Source: Acidimicrobiia bacterium (GTDB lineage Bacteria; Actinomycetota; Acidimicrobiia; UBA2766). From it: DNA of 52,385 bases. The notes below the pieces were generated by a model, which made no database searches, was not told the origin of the DNA, and worked only from the letters and a program-made list of their open reading frames with translations. Each line of letters opens with the position of its first letter. Position 1 is the first letter of the stretch. This document shows positions 28,243-37,304 of the stretch, piece by piece. Where the stretch lies: NCBI GenBank assembly GCA_038904395.1, contig JBCKKC010000005.1, forward strand, positions 1 through 52,385, given 5' to 3'. The translations under genes were made by a program, and so were the position numbers.

Positions 28243-31200
28243 CTATTTTGAATCCATCTCTTTTGCCCTGCGTTCTCGTAACAGTTCACGGCGGGGCGTT
28301 AGTTTGGTAGCTCGCTCTGATCGTGCACTCGGCCCAGCGGTTTCATCATTCGTGACGACCTGTTTAGAGGTGCGCAAACCATCGACGTAGCTGACAAGAC
28401 TCTTGCAAGTAGCGTGGTCGTAAAGGTCGACCAGCTCGAAGTCATGCCCGACAAATTCCTGCAGTCGCAGGTGCACTTCCACCAAACTGAGCGAGTTGCC
28501 GCCCAGATCAAAAAAGTTCTCGTCTGGGTTAATGTCCTCGATGCCCAAGACTTCCTGCCATATGTGCACTACTGCCATGGCGGTCGAGTCAGCGCTTCGG
28601 TTGACCTTGGCCTTGGGTGTTGCAGCGCTGGGCGATGTCATCTCCTTGAGCCTCTGCCTGCTCACCTTGCCCGTGTCGGTGCGCGGAAGACAGTCAACAA
28701 TGTAGAGAACAGGAATCATGAACTCTGGAAGATGCTGCCTTAGGTGGGATCTGATCGAGCCCAGCAAGTTCCTATCTGCAACGCCGCGCAGCGGATCATT
28801 CGTATGGCTGGGCGAAAGGGCGGCAATTTCGCCGGGCTCTTCCCACTGCAATGGCGTGGTGGGTTTTCGCGGCGAAAAACGTAGGTCCATGAATGCCCCA
28901 CTTGAGGGCACTATGTCTACATGGCAACCAATGGCCAGCGCCATCGCCCAGATCGATTCTGGATCAACCGAAACGGCCGATACAATTCGGCCAAGTTTGC
29001 TGATAACGCTATCGTCAATCGCAGCCTCTAACTGAGCCGCCAGATTGGCAGCGTCCGCAATTCGAGCATTCGGGACATCCTTAACCAGAACGGGCCGACC
29101 TCGCCGTGAAGCTATCGCTGCACGCAGGGCCGTTTCGCTGCCCAGTTCAGACCAATTGAACCGCTCTGGTACGGGCGCCGGACTCGCTTCCCCCTCGCCA
29201 CCATCGGCGCTCCCAACATGGAGGATGACGTCGTAGCGGAATCCATTCAGCTCATTATGGTGACGGCCTCGTTTGAGCAGAAATTCCACATGAGTCACAT
29301 CTGCGAGTTCCTGAGCAATCGCTTCGAAAAAGCCTCGCGATACAACCAGCTCTTCTTCTTGGGCTACCCGTTGGCCTATACGCTTCTTAGCGTCAGCCGC
29401 AGTTGCGTCCGGCGGCAGTTGACCTAACACGACCGAAGCATGGAACATCGCCAACAGATCGAGATCCCGCACATCGCCCAGGTAAATACGACCGCCAGGC
29501 GCCACGAGGGGCACGATGCGTCGAATCACTTCCACCAAGTATTCGGAGCCCGGAAAATACTGCGTAACCGAATGCAGAACGATTGTGTCAAACGACTTCT
29601 GATCCAGGCCGGACACGTTGGTGGCTGGGCGCTCGAGCACAGTGACTTGATCTGTGATACCCGCCTCTTGAAGTTGAGAGTCTACGAATGCCACGGCCTG
29701 TGCGGAAAAATCAGTTGCCACATACTTTCTAGTGTCGTTGGCCAGTGCCATAACGAGATTGCCCGTGCCGCAGCCAATCTCAAGAACATCCTGTGGTGCA
29801 AACGCACGAATGCGGGCAACGGCTTCGCCAACCCACTCACTCATTTCTGCAGCCGCAAAGGGTTCGCCCGTATAGCTGCTGCGCCACATCTCGTTTTCAC
29901 GTTTGGGTTCTGCGGCGACCTGTCCGTAGAACTCTTCGTATAGGCGTTGCCACTCCCCGACTCGATCGGCCTCAGTGCCACCTTGAGAGTGATCCAACCT
30001 TTCCAAGGAAACGACCGCTGCCACTAGCCGCATATCACCATGCGGACCAGCCGAGGCCGTAACAACTGCCTCACTCACGCCAGGATGAGCAAGTAGAGCA
30101 GCTTCAACTTCTCCGGGCTCAATGCGAAATCCACGAATCTTTATCTGTTGGTCAACTCGGCCAAGATATTCCAAGGTACCATCCGGGCGGAACCTGCCTC
30201 TGTCGCCAGTGCGAAACAGACGTTCCCCACCAGTCAGGCTAAAGGGATCTGGCACAAACTTTGTCGCCGTCAAGTCTGCACAGTCGAGATAGCCTCGGGC
30301 AAGCCCTGCACCCCCCACACAAATCTCACCTTCAAATCGAGACGGGACCGGATTCAAATCGTGGTCGAGCACATAGATACGAGTGTTGCCGATCGGCTTG
30401 CCGATCGTGCATTCAGGATCTTGCGCCGAAATCACTTCAAGTGTGACATCTGCCGAAACTTCTGCTGAGCCATAGAGGTTGATCAGAGTGCATTCCGGCA
30501 GCGTTTCCATAAAGCGAGATGCGACATCGTCATGCAGTGCTTCACCGCTCGAATGGCAATACTTCAGATGGCCCAATCGGGACGACAAATCTTCGCCGCA
30601 ATCCAGGATGCTGCGCAATAGAGACGGAACTGCAACAAGGCGAGTCACCCGATGTTCTTCGAGTAGCTTGACAAGACGAACCGGATCACGCCCAGTTGCA
30701 GGATCAACTACAACCAGAGGCGCACCCGAAACGAGTGGCCAGAAGATTTCTCCACCAGAATCGAAGAAAGGCAGAGCCGTTTTTACACAGCCCACTTCTC
30801 CTGGCGCGTATGGAAACTCTTGCATCATCCATCGTTGCCTGTTGGTGATTCCGCGGTGGAGGCCGACAACTCCGTTCGGCTTACCCGTGGATCCCGATGT
30901 ATAGATCACATAGGCAGCGTTATCGGGCCCGACACTCGATATCGGATTGTCTTGCCTCTCGTTGACGAGGTCGGGGGCAGACGGGTCGATGCAAACTAAG
31001 CCATCGAAGTTGAGTTCACTGCCCTTGGCCGTGCTGACAAGAACCACATGGGCCCCACAATTGGTCAACATCATGCTTTGTCGCTTGGGCGGATCTGACG
31101 GATCGATCGGAACGTATGCTCCTCCGGCCTTGAACACCCCAAGGATGGCGACAATGCTTTGCGCGCAGCGTTCCATTACCAGCGCAACACGCACCTCAGG

Positions 31201-34200
31201 CCCTACACCTGAGCGTTGGAGTCGATGCGCGAGCCGATTGGCGGCGGCGTTCAATTCGCCATATGTCATCGTGGCGTTTGACGCGATCAACGCCGGCGCT
31301 TCGGGCGCTCGCTTTGCCGCATCCTCAAACATCTCATGGATTGGTGGATCCGTGGAATAGGGGGCCTCAATGTCGTTCCAACCGTAAAGCATGTCGTGGC
31401 TATGGGCCACCGATATGAGCTCTAGATCTTTCACTTTGGCATCGGGCTGATCGCATGCAGTAATCAGGATGCGACGGAGCGCTTCGGCCAGGCTATGCAT
31501 GGTGGCAGGGTCGAAAAGGTCAGCGTCATACTCGAGCGTGCCAAGCAGTTCTCCCTGATGCTCACTCATGTATAGAGAGAGATCGAAATAGCACGACCGC
31601 TGCTCAACACGGACTGAATCAACCTCAAGGTCGCCCCAGTGCCCCAACGGGGCTGAGTGATTGATCGCCAAGGCTGCGAGATCTGCCTCGCCAACTCCTA
31701 GACCATCTTGGTAGGCAAACGACGCTGTCACGAGTTGCGATCGTTCCCCATTGGTGCCGCCATCGCCCCGCACGCAAGAGAGTGACTCGACAATCCGGCC
31801 AAAGGGCATGTCCGCATGGTCAGAAGCTGCCAGTACTGCCGAACGGGTTCGCTGAACGTGAGTAAGGAATGTTGGGTCATCACTGATGTCGATGGCGATG
31901 GGTAGCAAGTTCACGAGATAGCCCACGAGCGACGCAAAACGGGCCTGATTGCGACCCGAGTTCACAAATCCCAGCACAAATTCATCCTGGCCGGCGAAGC
32001 GCCCGAGTAGGGCAGCAAAAGCGCCATAGAGAACAGTCGGGATGCTGACGCTATGTTCTTTGGAAAGTGTCCGCACAGAATGGGCCACTTCAGCGTCGAT
32101 GCGAAACTGATAGTCAGCTCCACGGAAACCGCGTGTGGGCCGACGGTGATGATCGAGCGGTAGATCCAACGCCGGAGATTGGCCAATAGCATTCACCCAG
32201 AAAGTTTGAAGGTCCGCGGCCGAGTCACCGTCCAAGATCTGTTGCTGCCACTCTACAAACTCGCGGGGATGAGCATGGGCGTCCGAAGATGGCATGCCAC
32301 TATCGAGACGCGGCCCCTCATAGCGTGCTGAGAGCTCGTTCACGACTACGCCGAGCGACCAAACGTCCATGACCGTGTGGTGGGCGACAAGCAATAGCAC
32401 GTTCCGAGCGGGAGTTTGCCTGAACAACACAGCCCGAAAGAGTGAGCCACCTGCTATTTCGAACGGCCTGTATGCCTCTTCATCAAGTAAGACTTTCAGT
32501 TCAGCATCAGTACCGCCGAGTGAGTCACGGACGTCAAGATGCCACTCCTGCGAAGTTACGACCTGGTCCACGCCGCTACCGGTCGTAGTCAACGTGGTAC
32601 GCAAAGCACCATGGCTGTCAACGATGCTTTCAAGGGCGGCTGCTAACTTTTCGACATCAAGTTGGCCCGAGAAGGCGACAGCACGAGGAAGATTCAGGGT
32701 GGCAGGATCTTGAGCCACTTGAGACTGAAACCACAGCATGCGCTGGCCATATGAAAGCGGAAAACTCGCGCTTGCGTCGGCGCCTAGGTCAGGTTCCGAC
32801 GTAATCGCAGTCCGCATTGATCGACCTCCGCTCGCCACAATCACCTCGGCGAGATCTTCAATAGTGTGGTCGGTCAATATTTCTTCAAAGCTAAGCTGCA
32901 CACCTAGCGCAATCTCAACCTTGTGGCGCAATTCGATGGCCTTCAGTGAATCCAAACCTTGCAGGGCCAGCGGCTTTGTTGTGTCAACATCACAAGCAAG
33001 CACATCAGATGCGATGCTCTTCAGGCCTGCAACCACCTCAGGCCTAGATGCGAATGAGTTGGGAGCCTTTGAATTGCTTGCTTCGCGGCGCAAAGCAGTA
33101 AAGCCTGGATTGCTTCGCTCCGCTCGCAATGACGAAAGGGCCGGCATCGACGCCGGGGCTTCGGGGACGTGAATGGCTACGGAGGTGGCATCAACGTCGT
33201 TCGAGATTGTCTTGGCGACAACGCTGTCCGCCGGAAATGCCGCTAGCGTGCCGTTCGCGTAGGCCTGGCTACACATTGAGCGCCGCGTCTTGCCACTCGT
33301 TGTAATCGGTATCGACCGCGGAGGCACCACGAGCACGTGGTCAAGATCGAGGCCGTGTCCTGCTACAGCGGCTTGGCGGATTAGGCGTTCTCTACGCGCA
33401 ACGTCTTCGGGCCTAGTGTCATTACTTTCGTACATAGCGCAAATTGGAGCAGCCCCACCAGGGTCGTCGCTCACTTGAAATACGGCGACTCGACCGAGGC
33501 TCTCATCGTCACAGGCCTCCCTAATTGATGCCTCGATGTCTTCTGGGTAGTGATTTGCCCCTCGAATGATGATCACATCTTTTTGCCGACCGCATATGTA
33601 GAGGTGATCAGCGATACGAAAGCCCAAGTCGCCCGTGCGAAGATATCGTCCATTTCCGCCTGGCCCGCCCTCAAGGGTTGCGGCAAATATCTCTGCGCTC
33701 AATTCGGGTTTTCCCCAGTAGCCCTTTGCCACGCTGGCACTGCGCAGCCAGATCTCGCCGATGATGCCCTCGCCAACACGCTTTCCATCGCCTGTCACGA
33801 TGGCGATTTCCACATCAGGGATCATCATGCAACCAACAACATCCGTGCTTTGGGCATCACCAACCGCCTCAACAACCTGACGATGTGTTAGCGCTTTTGA
33901 GTCAACAGCAATGCTTGTCGGGCCGTGGGCGTCTGATTTGCCGGCTGCTAACAAAGTCCCTTCAGCGAGCCCATAACACGGCAAAAACGCCGCATGGTGA
34001 AATCCATACAGTGAAAACGTGTCGTCGAATAATTGCAGAGTTGATGCTCGTACAGGTTCCGAGCCGCTAAAGGCAACCTTCCAGCAACTCAAGTCAAGGT
34101 CTTGACCGGCGCTCAGCTGAGCCTTTGTTGCGCACAGGTCATAGGCAAAGTCGGGCCCGCCGCTCAAGGTTCCTCGATATTTACTGATTGCTTCTAGCCA

Positions 34201-34986
34201 CCGGGCAGGCTGCTCAATGAAGTGTTCCGGGCGCATTAAGACCGTGGTCACGCCTAGGTATAGAGGCAATAGGATTGTCCCAATCAGACCCATATCGTGA
34301 TAGTGCGGCAGCCAGCTTACAACAACCGTTTCCGAGTCAAGATTGAATGCAGTAGTGGCAAGACCCAAGTTGTGGAGCAGGTTTGCATGGCTGACCATCA
34401 CTCCCTTAGGCATTGAGGTCGTGCCCGATGTGTATTGTAGGTAGGCAATGTCATCGCCACACCTCACGGGCGAGACAAATTCACTAAACCCTGGCACCAC
34501 GCCAGCATCCAAATCAGAAGCAGCGACAACTGGCACGCCCAAGTCGGCCAGGGCTTTTCGGGATCTCTCACGCTGATGGTGCTCATCTGACACAATAATC
34601 AGAGAGGCGCCAGCATCAGACACGATGCTGGCAACGCTCGCTTCAAAGCGGCTGCTCAGACGAGTCGCAACGGGCACCGGGATAACGTCGGCATAGAGGC
34701 ATCCTAAGAAGGCAACTATAAAATCGACTCCGCCTTCGAAAATCAGCAGAGCACGCCCTCCGGCACTAGCACGCGACGCCAGTCGAGCAGCGAAGGCACG
34801 TGCCCGCGACACCAGCCCGGCAAACTCGATAGTTTCAGAATCGGCATCTGACACCAGGTAGCGCACAGCGATGTTGCCACCCCGTAGTCGAGCATGCTCT
34901 TCAATAGCTGCAATGATCGTCACTGGTGTTCCTGACAGCAACCCTTTCGAGTCCGCGACGGCCTCATGCCCGGCTCTAACATTCAT
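28243..34986 (-). CDS. NRPS starter: FAAL-ACP-C-A(MT)-PCP
   Basis: FAAL (LQYTSGTT, WLPHYHDMGLIG, CYGLAE); ACP GLDSL; C HHTVMD; A YTSGSTGKP; MT VLEIGCGTG inserted late in the A domain; PCP LGGNSL. Confidence 0.95.
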   Translation of the reverse strand: MNVRAGHEAVADSKGLLSGTPVTIIAAIEEHARLRGGNIAVRYLVSDADSETIEFAGLVSRARAFAARLASRASAGGRALLIFEGGVDFIVAFLGCLYADVIPVPVATRLSSRFEASVASIVSDAGASLIIVSDEHHQRERSRKALADLGVPVVAASDLDAGVVPGFSEFVSPVRCGDDIAYLQYTSGTTSMPKGVMVSHANLLHNLGLATTAFNLDSETVVVSWLPHYHDMGLIGTILLPLYLGVTTVLMRPEHFIEQPARWLEAISKYRGTLSGGPDFAYDLCATKAQLSAGQDLDLSCWKVAFSGSEPVRASTLQLFDDTFSLYGFHHAAFLPCYGLAEGTLLAAGKSDAHGPTSIAVDSKALTHRQVVEAVGDAQSTDVVGCMMIPDVEIAIVTGDGKRVGEGIIGEIWLRSASVAKGYWGKPELSAEIFAATLEGGPGGNGRYLRTGDLGFRIADHLYICGRQKDVIIIRGANHYPEDIEASIREACDDESLGRVAVFQVSDDPGGAAPICAMYESNDTRPEDVARRERLIRQAAVAGHGLDLDHVLVVPPRSIPITTSGKTRRSMCSQAYANGTLAAFPADSVVAKTISNDVDATSVAIHVPEAPASMPALSSLRAERSNPGFTALRREASNSKAPNSFASRPEVVAGLKSIASDVLACDVDTTKPLALQGLDSLKAIELRHKVEIALGVQLSFEEILTDHTIEDLAEVIVASGGRSMRTAITSEPDLGADASASFPLSYGQRMLWFQSQVAQDPATLNLPRAVAFSGQLDVEKLAAALESIVDSHGALRTTLTTTGSGVDQVVTSQEWHLDVRDSLGGTDAELKVLLDEEAYRPFEIAGGSLFRAVLFRQTPARNVLLLVAHHTVMDVWSLGVVVNELSARYEGPRLDSGMPSSDAHAHPREFVEWQQQILDGDSAADLQTFWVNAIGQSPALDLPLDHHRRPTRGFRGADYQFRIDAEVAHSVRTLSKEHSVSIPTVLYGAFAALLGRFAGQDEFVLGFVNSGRNQARFASLVGYLVNLLPIAIDISDDPTFLTHVQRTRSAVLAASDHADMPFGRIVESLSCVRGDGGTNGERSQLVTASFAYQDGLGVGEADLAALAINHSAPLGHWGDLEVDSVRVEQRSCYFDLSLYMSEHQGELLGTLEYDADLFDPATMHSLAEALRRILITACDQPDAKVKDLELISVAHSHDMLYGWNDIEAPYSTDPPIHEMFEDAAKRAPEAPALIASNATMTYGELNAAANRLAHRLQRSGVGPEVRVALVMERCAQSIVAILGVFKAGGAYVPIDPSDPPKRQSMMLTNCGAHVVLVSTAKGSELNFDGLVCIDPSAPDLVNERQDNPISSVGPDNAAYVIYTSGSTGKPNGVVGLHRGITNRQRWMMQEFPYAPGEVGCVKTALPFFDSGGEIFWPLVSGAPLVVVDPATGRDPVRLVKLLEEHRVTRLVAVPSLLRSILDCGEDLSSRLGHLKYCHSSGEALHDDVASRFMETLPECTLINLYGSAEVSADVTLEVISAQDPECTIGKPIGNTRIYVLDHDLNPVPSRFEGEICVGGAGLARGYLDCADLTATKFVPDPFSLTGGERLFRTGDRGRFRPDGTLEYLGRVDQQIKIRGFRIEPGEVEAALLAHPGVSEAVVTASAGPHGDMRLVAAVVSLERLDHSQGGTEADRVGEWQRLYEEFYGQVAAEPKRENEMWRSSYTGEPFAAAEMSEWVGEAVARIRAFAPQDVLEIGCGTGNLVMALANDTRKYVATDFSAQAVAFVDSQLQEAGITDQVTVLERPATNVSGLDQKSFDTIVLHSVTQYFPGSEYLVEVIRRIVPLVAPGGRIYLGDVRDLDLLAMFHASVVLGQLPPDATAADAKKRIGQRVAQEEELVVSRGFFEAIAQELADVTHVEFLLKRGRHHNELNGFRYDVILHVGSADGGEGEASPAPVPERFNWSELGSETALRAAIASRRGRPVLVKDVPNARIADAANLAAQLEAAIDDSVISKLGRIVSAVSVDPESIWAMALAIGCHVDIVPSSGAFMDLRFSPRKPTTPLQWEEPGEIAALSPSHTNDPLRGVADRNLLGSIRSHLRQHLPEFMIPVLYIVDCLPRTDTGKVSRQRLKEMTSPSAATPKAKVNRSADSTAMAVVHIWQEVLGIEDINPDENFFDLGGNSLSLVEVHLRLQEFVGHDFELVDLYDHATCKSLVSYVDGLRTSKQVVTNDETAGPSARSERATKLTPRRELLRERRAKEMDSK
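33063..33134. repeat. CGTC-type REP-like element inside the NRPS FAAL-ACP linker
   Basis: gaattgct...cagtaa.gcctggattgcttcgct.cgctcgcaatgacg aligns with intergenic 43154-43226. Confidence 0.85.
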
Positions 34987-35102
34987 ATGCGTCTGATCCT
35001 TACCGAGTTAGTTCTAATCCCTTTGCGACTGCGGACTTGCTTTTGGGTGCGCCGTGACGTACGTGGGCACCGAGTCTAGTGGTGCGTCGCTGAGATGATG
35101 TG

Positions 35103-35217
35103 GGTGTATTCGGCGTGACCTCGACATCATCCAGCAAGGCGCAACGACGCAGGTGGATAGGGACATCCATCGAGGAGGTGCAACGCAGCTGGGGATGCCG
35201 AGGGCCGCCGAGACACC
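35103..35217. repeat. Structured intergenic palindromic element, copy 1 (AAGGCG...TCGAGGAG...AACGCA family)
   Basis: Long imperfect outer stem, inner hairpin tggat/atcca; same conserved core as 50769-50879. Confidence 0.7.
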
Positions 35218-35246
35218 TGCGGCATTTCAGCGACACATCACTAAGC

Positions 35247-36167
35247 TCAACGATGCTTGAGAATCGTAAGGAATTGTTCCATAGCTTCATTGTCTGGCTG
35301 CTCAGGACCGTTCCAACGAGTCTCGCCCTCCCAGTCGATCGTGCTTGGCAGTACTTGGGGAAAGAGTGGTCCACCAATTGGATCGCCTGCGCTAAGGCCG
35401 TGATTCCACAGCAGAGGCAGAACGGCGTATTGAGGCGTATATTCGACGCCGTCGCCGAGCCATCGTGACACAAACGCTCGGCGCCGCCTTTTGCCACCGG
35501 CATAGACAGCACTGTGCAGAGCCTTAGGATGAAACAGCACTATGTCTCCTGGTTGCATTTCCCACGACAGAATCTCGTCGTTAGCGATCGTTGGGAGCTC
35601 ATCAAAATCGTTGCGTTCGTCGGAATCAGCCCATCCGGGAGTAACAGGCCGGAATGATTCCACGAAACGATGTGATCCACGAGCAACACGTAGTGCGCCG
35701 TTATCGGGGCCGCACGCATCGAGGGTCATCCAGAACGAACACACCTGATATCCGTTGATTGGCCATGAACTGACGTCTTCATGCCATGGCGTACTTATTC
35801 CGACACCAGGCTCTTTGACGAAGATTTGGTCATAGAACGCACGAACAGACCGCGAACTGAACAGTTGCTGGGACAGACGAGGGAATGGTGAAAAGTAGAC
35901 CAAGTCGCGAAAGAAATCATCGACCTTCCACATGAACGCATCACCGGCAAATGCTGCTCCGAGAAGCTGCGTCGCTTGAGCAAGCTCGGTTGGCGGAGCT
36001 TTTCGGATTCGCTCGACAGCGGCATCAATTGAAGCGACGAGCTCGTCGCCTACAGCATCCTTGATCAGGATCGCTCCGTCGCGATGAAACGCCGCTATCT
36101 CACTTTCTCGCAAATGATTCTTGGGCTGATCCGGGAGGCGCGCAAACATGTCATACCTTCTTTTCAC
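35247..36167 (-). CDS. PhyH-family Fe(II)/2-oxoglutarate dioxygenase
   Basis: FHRDG, KEPG...TPWHED, NGALRVARGSH, PGDIVLFH...LHS; 4-bp overlap with the PPTase gene. Confidence 0.92.
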   Translation of the reverse strand: MKRRYDMFARLPDQPKNHLRESEIAAFHRDGAILIKDAVGDELVASIDAAVERIRKAPPTELAQATQLLGAAFAGDAFMWKVDDFFRDLVYFSPFPRLSQQLFSSRSVRAFYDQIFVKEPGVGISTPWHEDVSSWPINGYQVCSFWMTLDACGPDNGALRVARGSHRFVESFRPVTPGWADSDERNDFDELPTIANDEILSWEMQPGDIVLFHPKALHSAVYAGGKRRRRAFVSRWLGDGVEYTPQYAVLPLLWNHGLSAGDPIGGPLFPQVLPSTIDWEGETRWNGPEQPDNEAMEQFLTILKHR

Positions 36168-36910
36168 ATCGCTAGCAGTTTTGCATTTGAGTCAAGATCG
36201 ACATCAATCAAGCGAACAGAGCGGGGCGATCCTATGCAGGCCAGGTGTCCTACATATGGTTCGGGTAGGGGCAAATCGACCAGAGACACGGCCTTGGGAT
36301 CTGTTGTAAGCTCGGGCGCATGATGTAGTCCGGCTGGCTCGCCCGGCTCGGCAACCACCACTTTGTCAGGATCTGCAGCCAGACCGAGGCCAAAAGCCTT
36401 GAGCACAGCCTCCTTCTGTGTCCAAATGGAGAGCACACCACGCTCATCGTAGGCATGTTCAGGAAACTTGCGCCGACCCAGCACTGCTCTTTCAAGCGAA
36501 GCCGACCTATGATTCGAACGGCCCATGACCTCAATATCAACACCGATTTCAACCCCGGCCGCGACAGCAACAACGACCGCATTTCCCCTGCTGGAAACCG
36601 AAAAACTCACGTTCGTATCAGCAATCACATGCGGTTTACCGTGACCATCATTATCGCAATGGTTGCACTCCCGAGAAATGACTACCTTGTCGTGAGTCGT
36701 GCCTAGATATTGCGCAAGTATGAGCTGCGTAAGTGCCCTGCGCAGCGTGAAACGATCAGCGTCGAGTCGGAAATGGAATCGTTCGAGACGTTGGCGCTCG
36801 CCCGCCGTTAGTAGGGCAACCAACTCGTCCATATCGCCGCCAATAGCCCCAAACCACACATCACAGTGCGTAGCCAATAGCTCGGTAGGTCCAGAAATAA
36901 GATCAATCAT
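36164..36910 (-). CDS. Sfp-type 4'-phosphopantetheinyl transferase
   Basis: HGKP, FSVSS, IGVDIE, WTQKEAVLKAFGLGL. Confidence 0.93.
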   Translation of the reverse strand: MIDLISGPTELLATHCDVWFGAIGGDMDELVALLTAGERQRLERFHFRLDADRFTLRRALTQLILAQYLGTTHDKVVISRECNHCDNDGHGKPHVIADTNVSFSVSSRGNAVVVAVAAGVEIGVDIEVMGRSNHRSASLERAVLGRRKFPEHAYDERGVLSIWTQKEAVLKAFGLGLAADPDKVVVAEPGEPAGLHHAPELTTDPKAVSLVDLPLPEPYVGHLACIGSPRSVRLIDVDLDSNAKLLAM

Positions 36911-36946
36911 GAGAGAAAAACAAGAATGGTATCCATGAAGCCCTCG

Positions 36947-37057
36947 CGTCATCCTGAGGGAGCGCAACGAGCAATTCAAATGGATCGAACATGTCGGTTT
37001 GTCTGCGGCTGCGCCGCAGGTGGATCCTCACGGTCGCTGCGCTCCCTCAGGATGACG
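36947..37057. repeat. CGTC-type REP/REPIN-like element with 20-bp perfect terminal inverted repeats
   Basis: cgtcatcctgagggagcgca ... tgcgctccctcaggatgacg; an inverted homologue lies at 43079-43180. Confidence 0.9.
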
Positions 37058-37282
37058 TGACGTGACGGCGGCGCCCGCAGTTTCGTTAGCAGCCATCTCG
37101 AGACGCAAACTCTTGGGACGCATGTCGGTCCAGACCTTGTTGATGTGCTCGAGGCAAGCTTGGTTCGTGCCGCTGAATCCTGCATCATGCCAGCCCAACG
37201 CATTGACCCGACCGGCAGGCCAAATCGAGTATTGCTCCTCGTCGTTGATCACAACTTTGCTTTCTTCATCTATTTGGTTCAT
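37028..37282 (-). CDS. MbtH-like protein
   Basis: VVINDEEQYSIWP...GW...CLEHINKVWTDMRPKSL; GGAG RBS. Confidence 0.96.
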   Translation of the reverse strand: MNQIDEESKVVINDEEQYSIWPAGRVNALGWHDAGFSGTNQACLEHINKVWTDMRPKSLRLEMAANETAGAAVTSRHPEGAQRP

Positions 37283-37304
37283 TGATTACTCCATTCGTAC
37301 CTAG

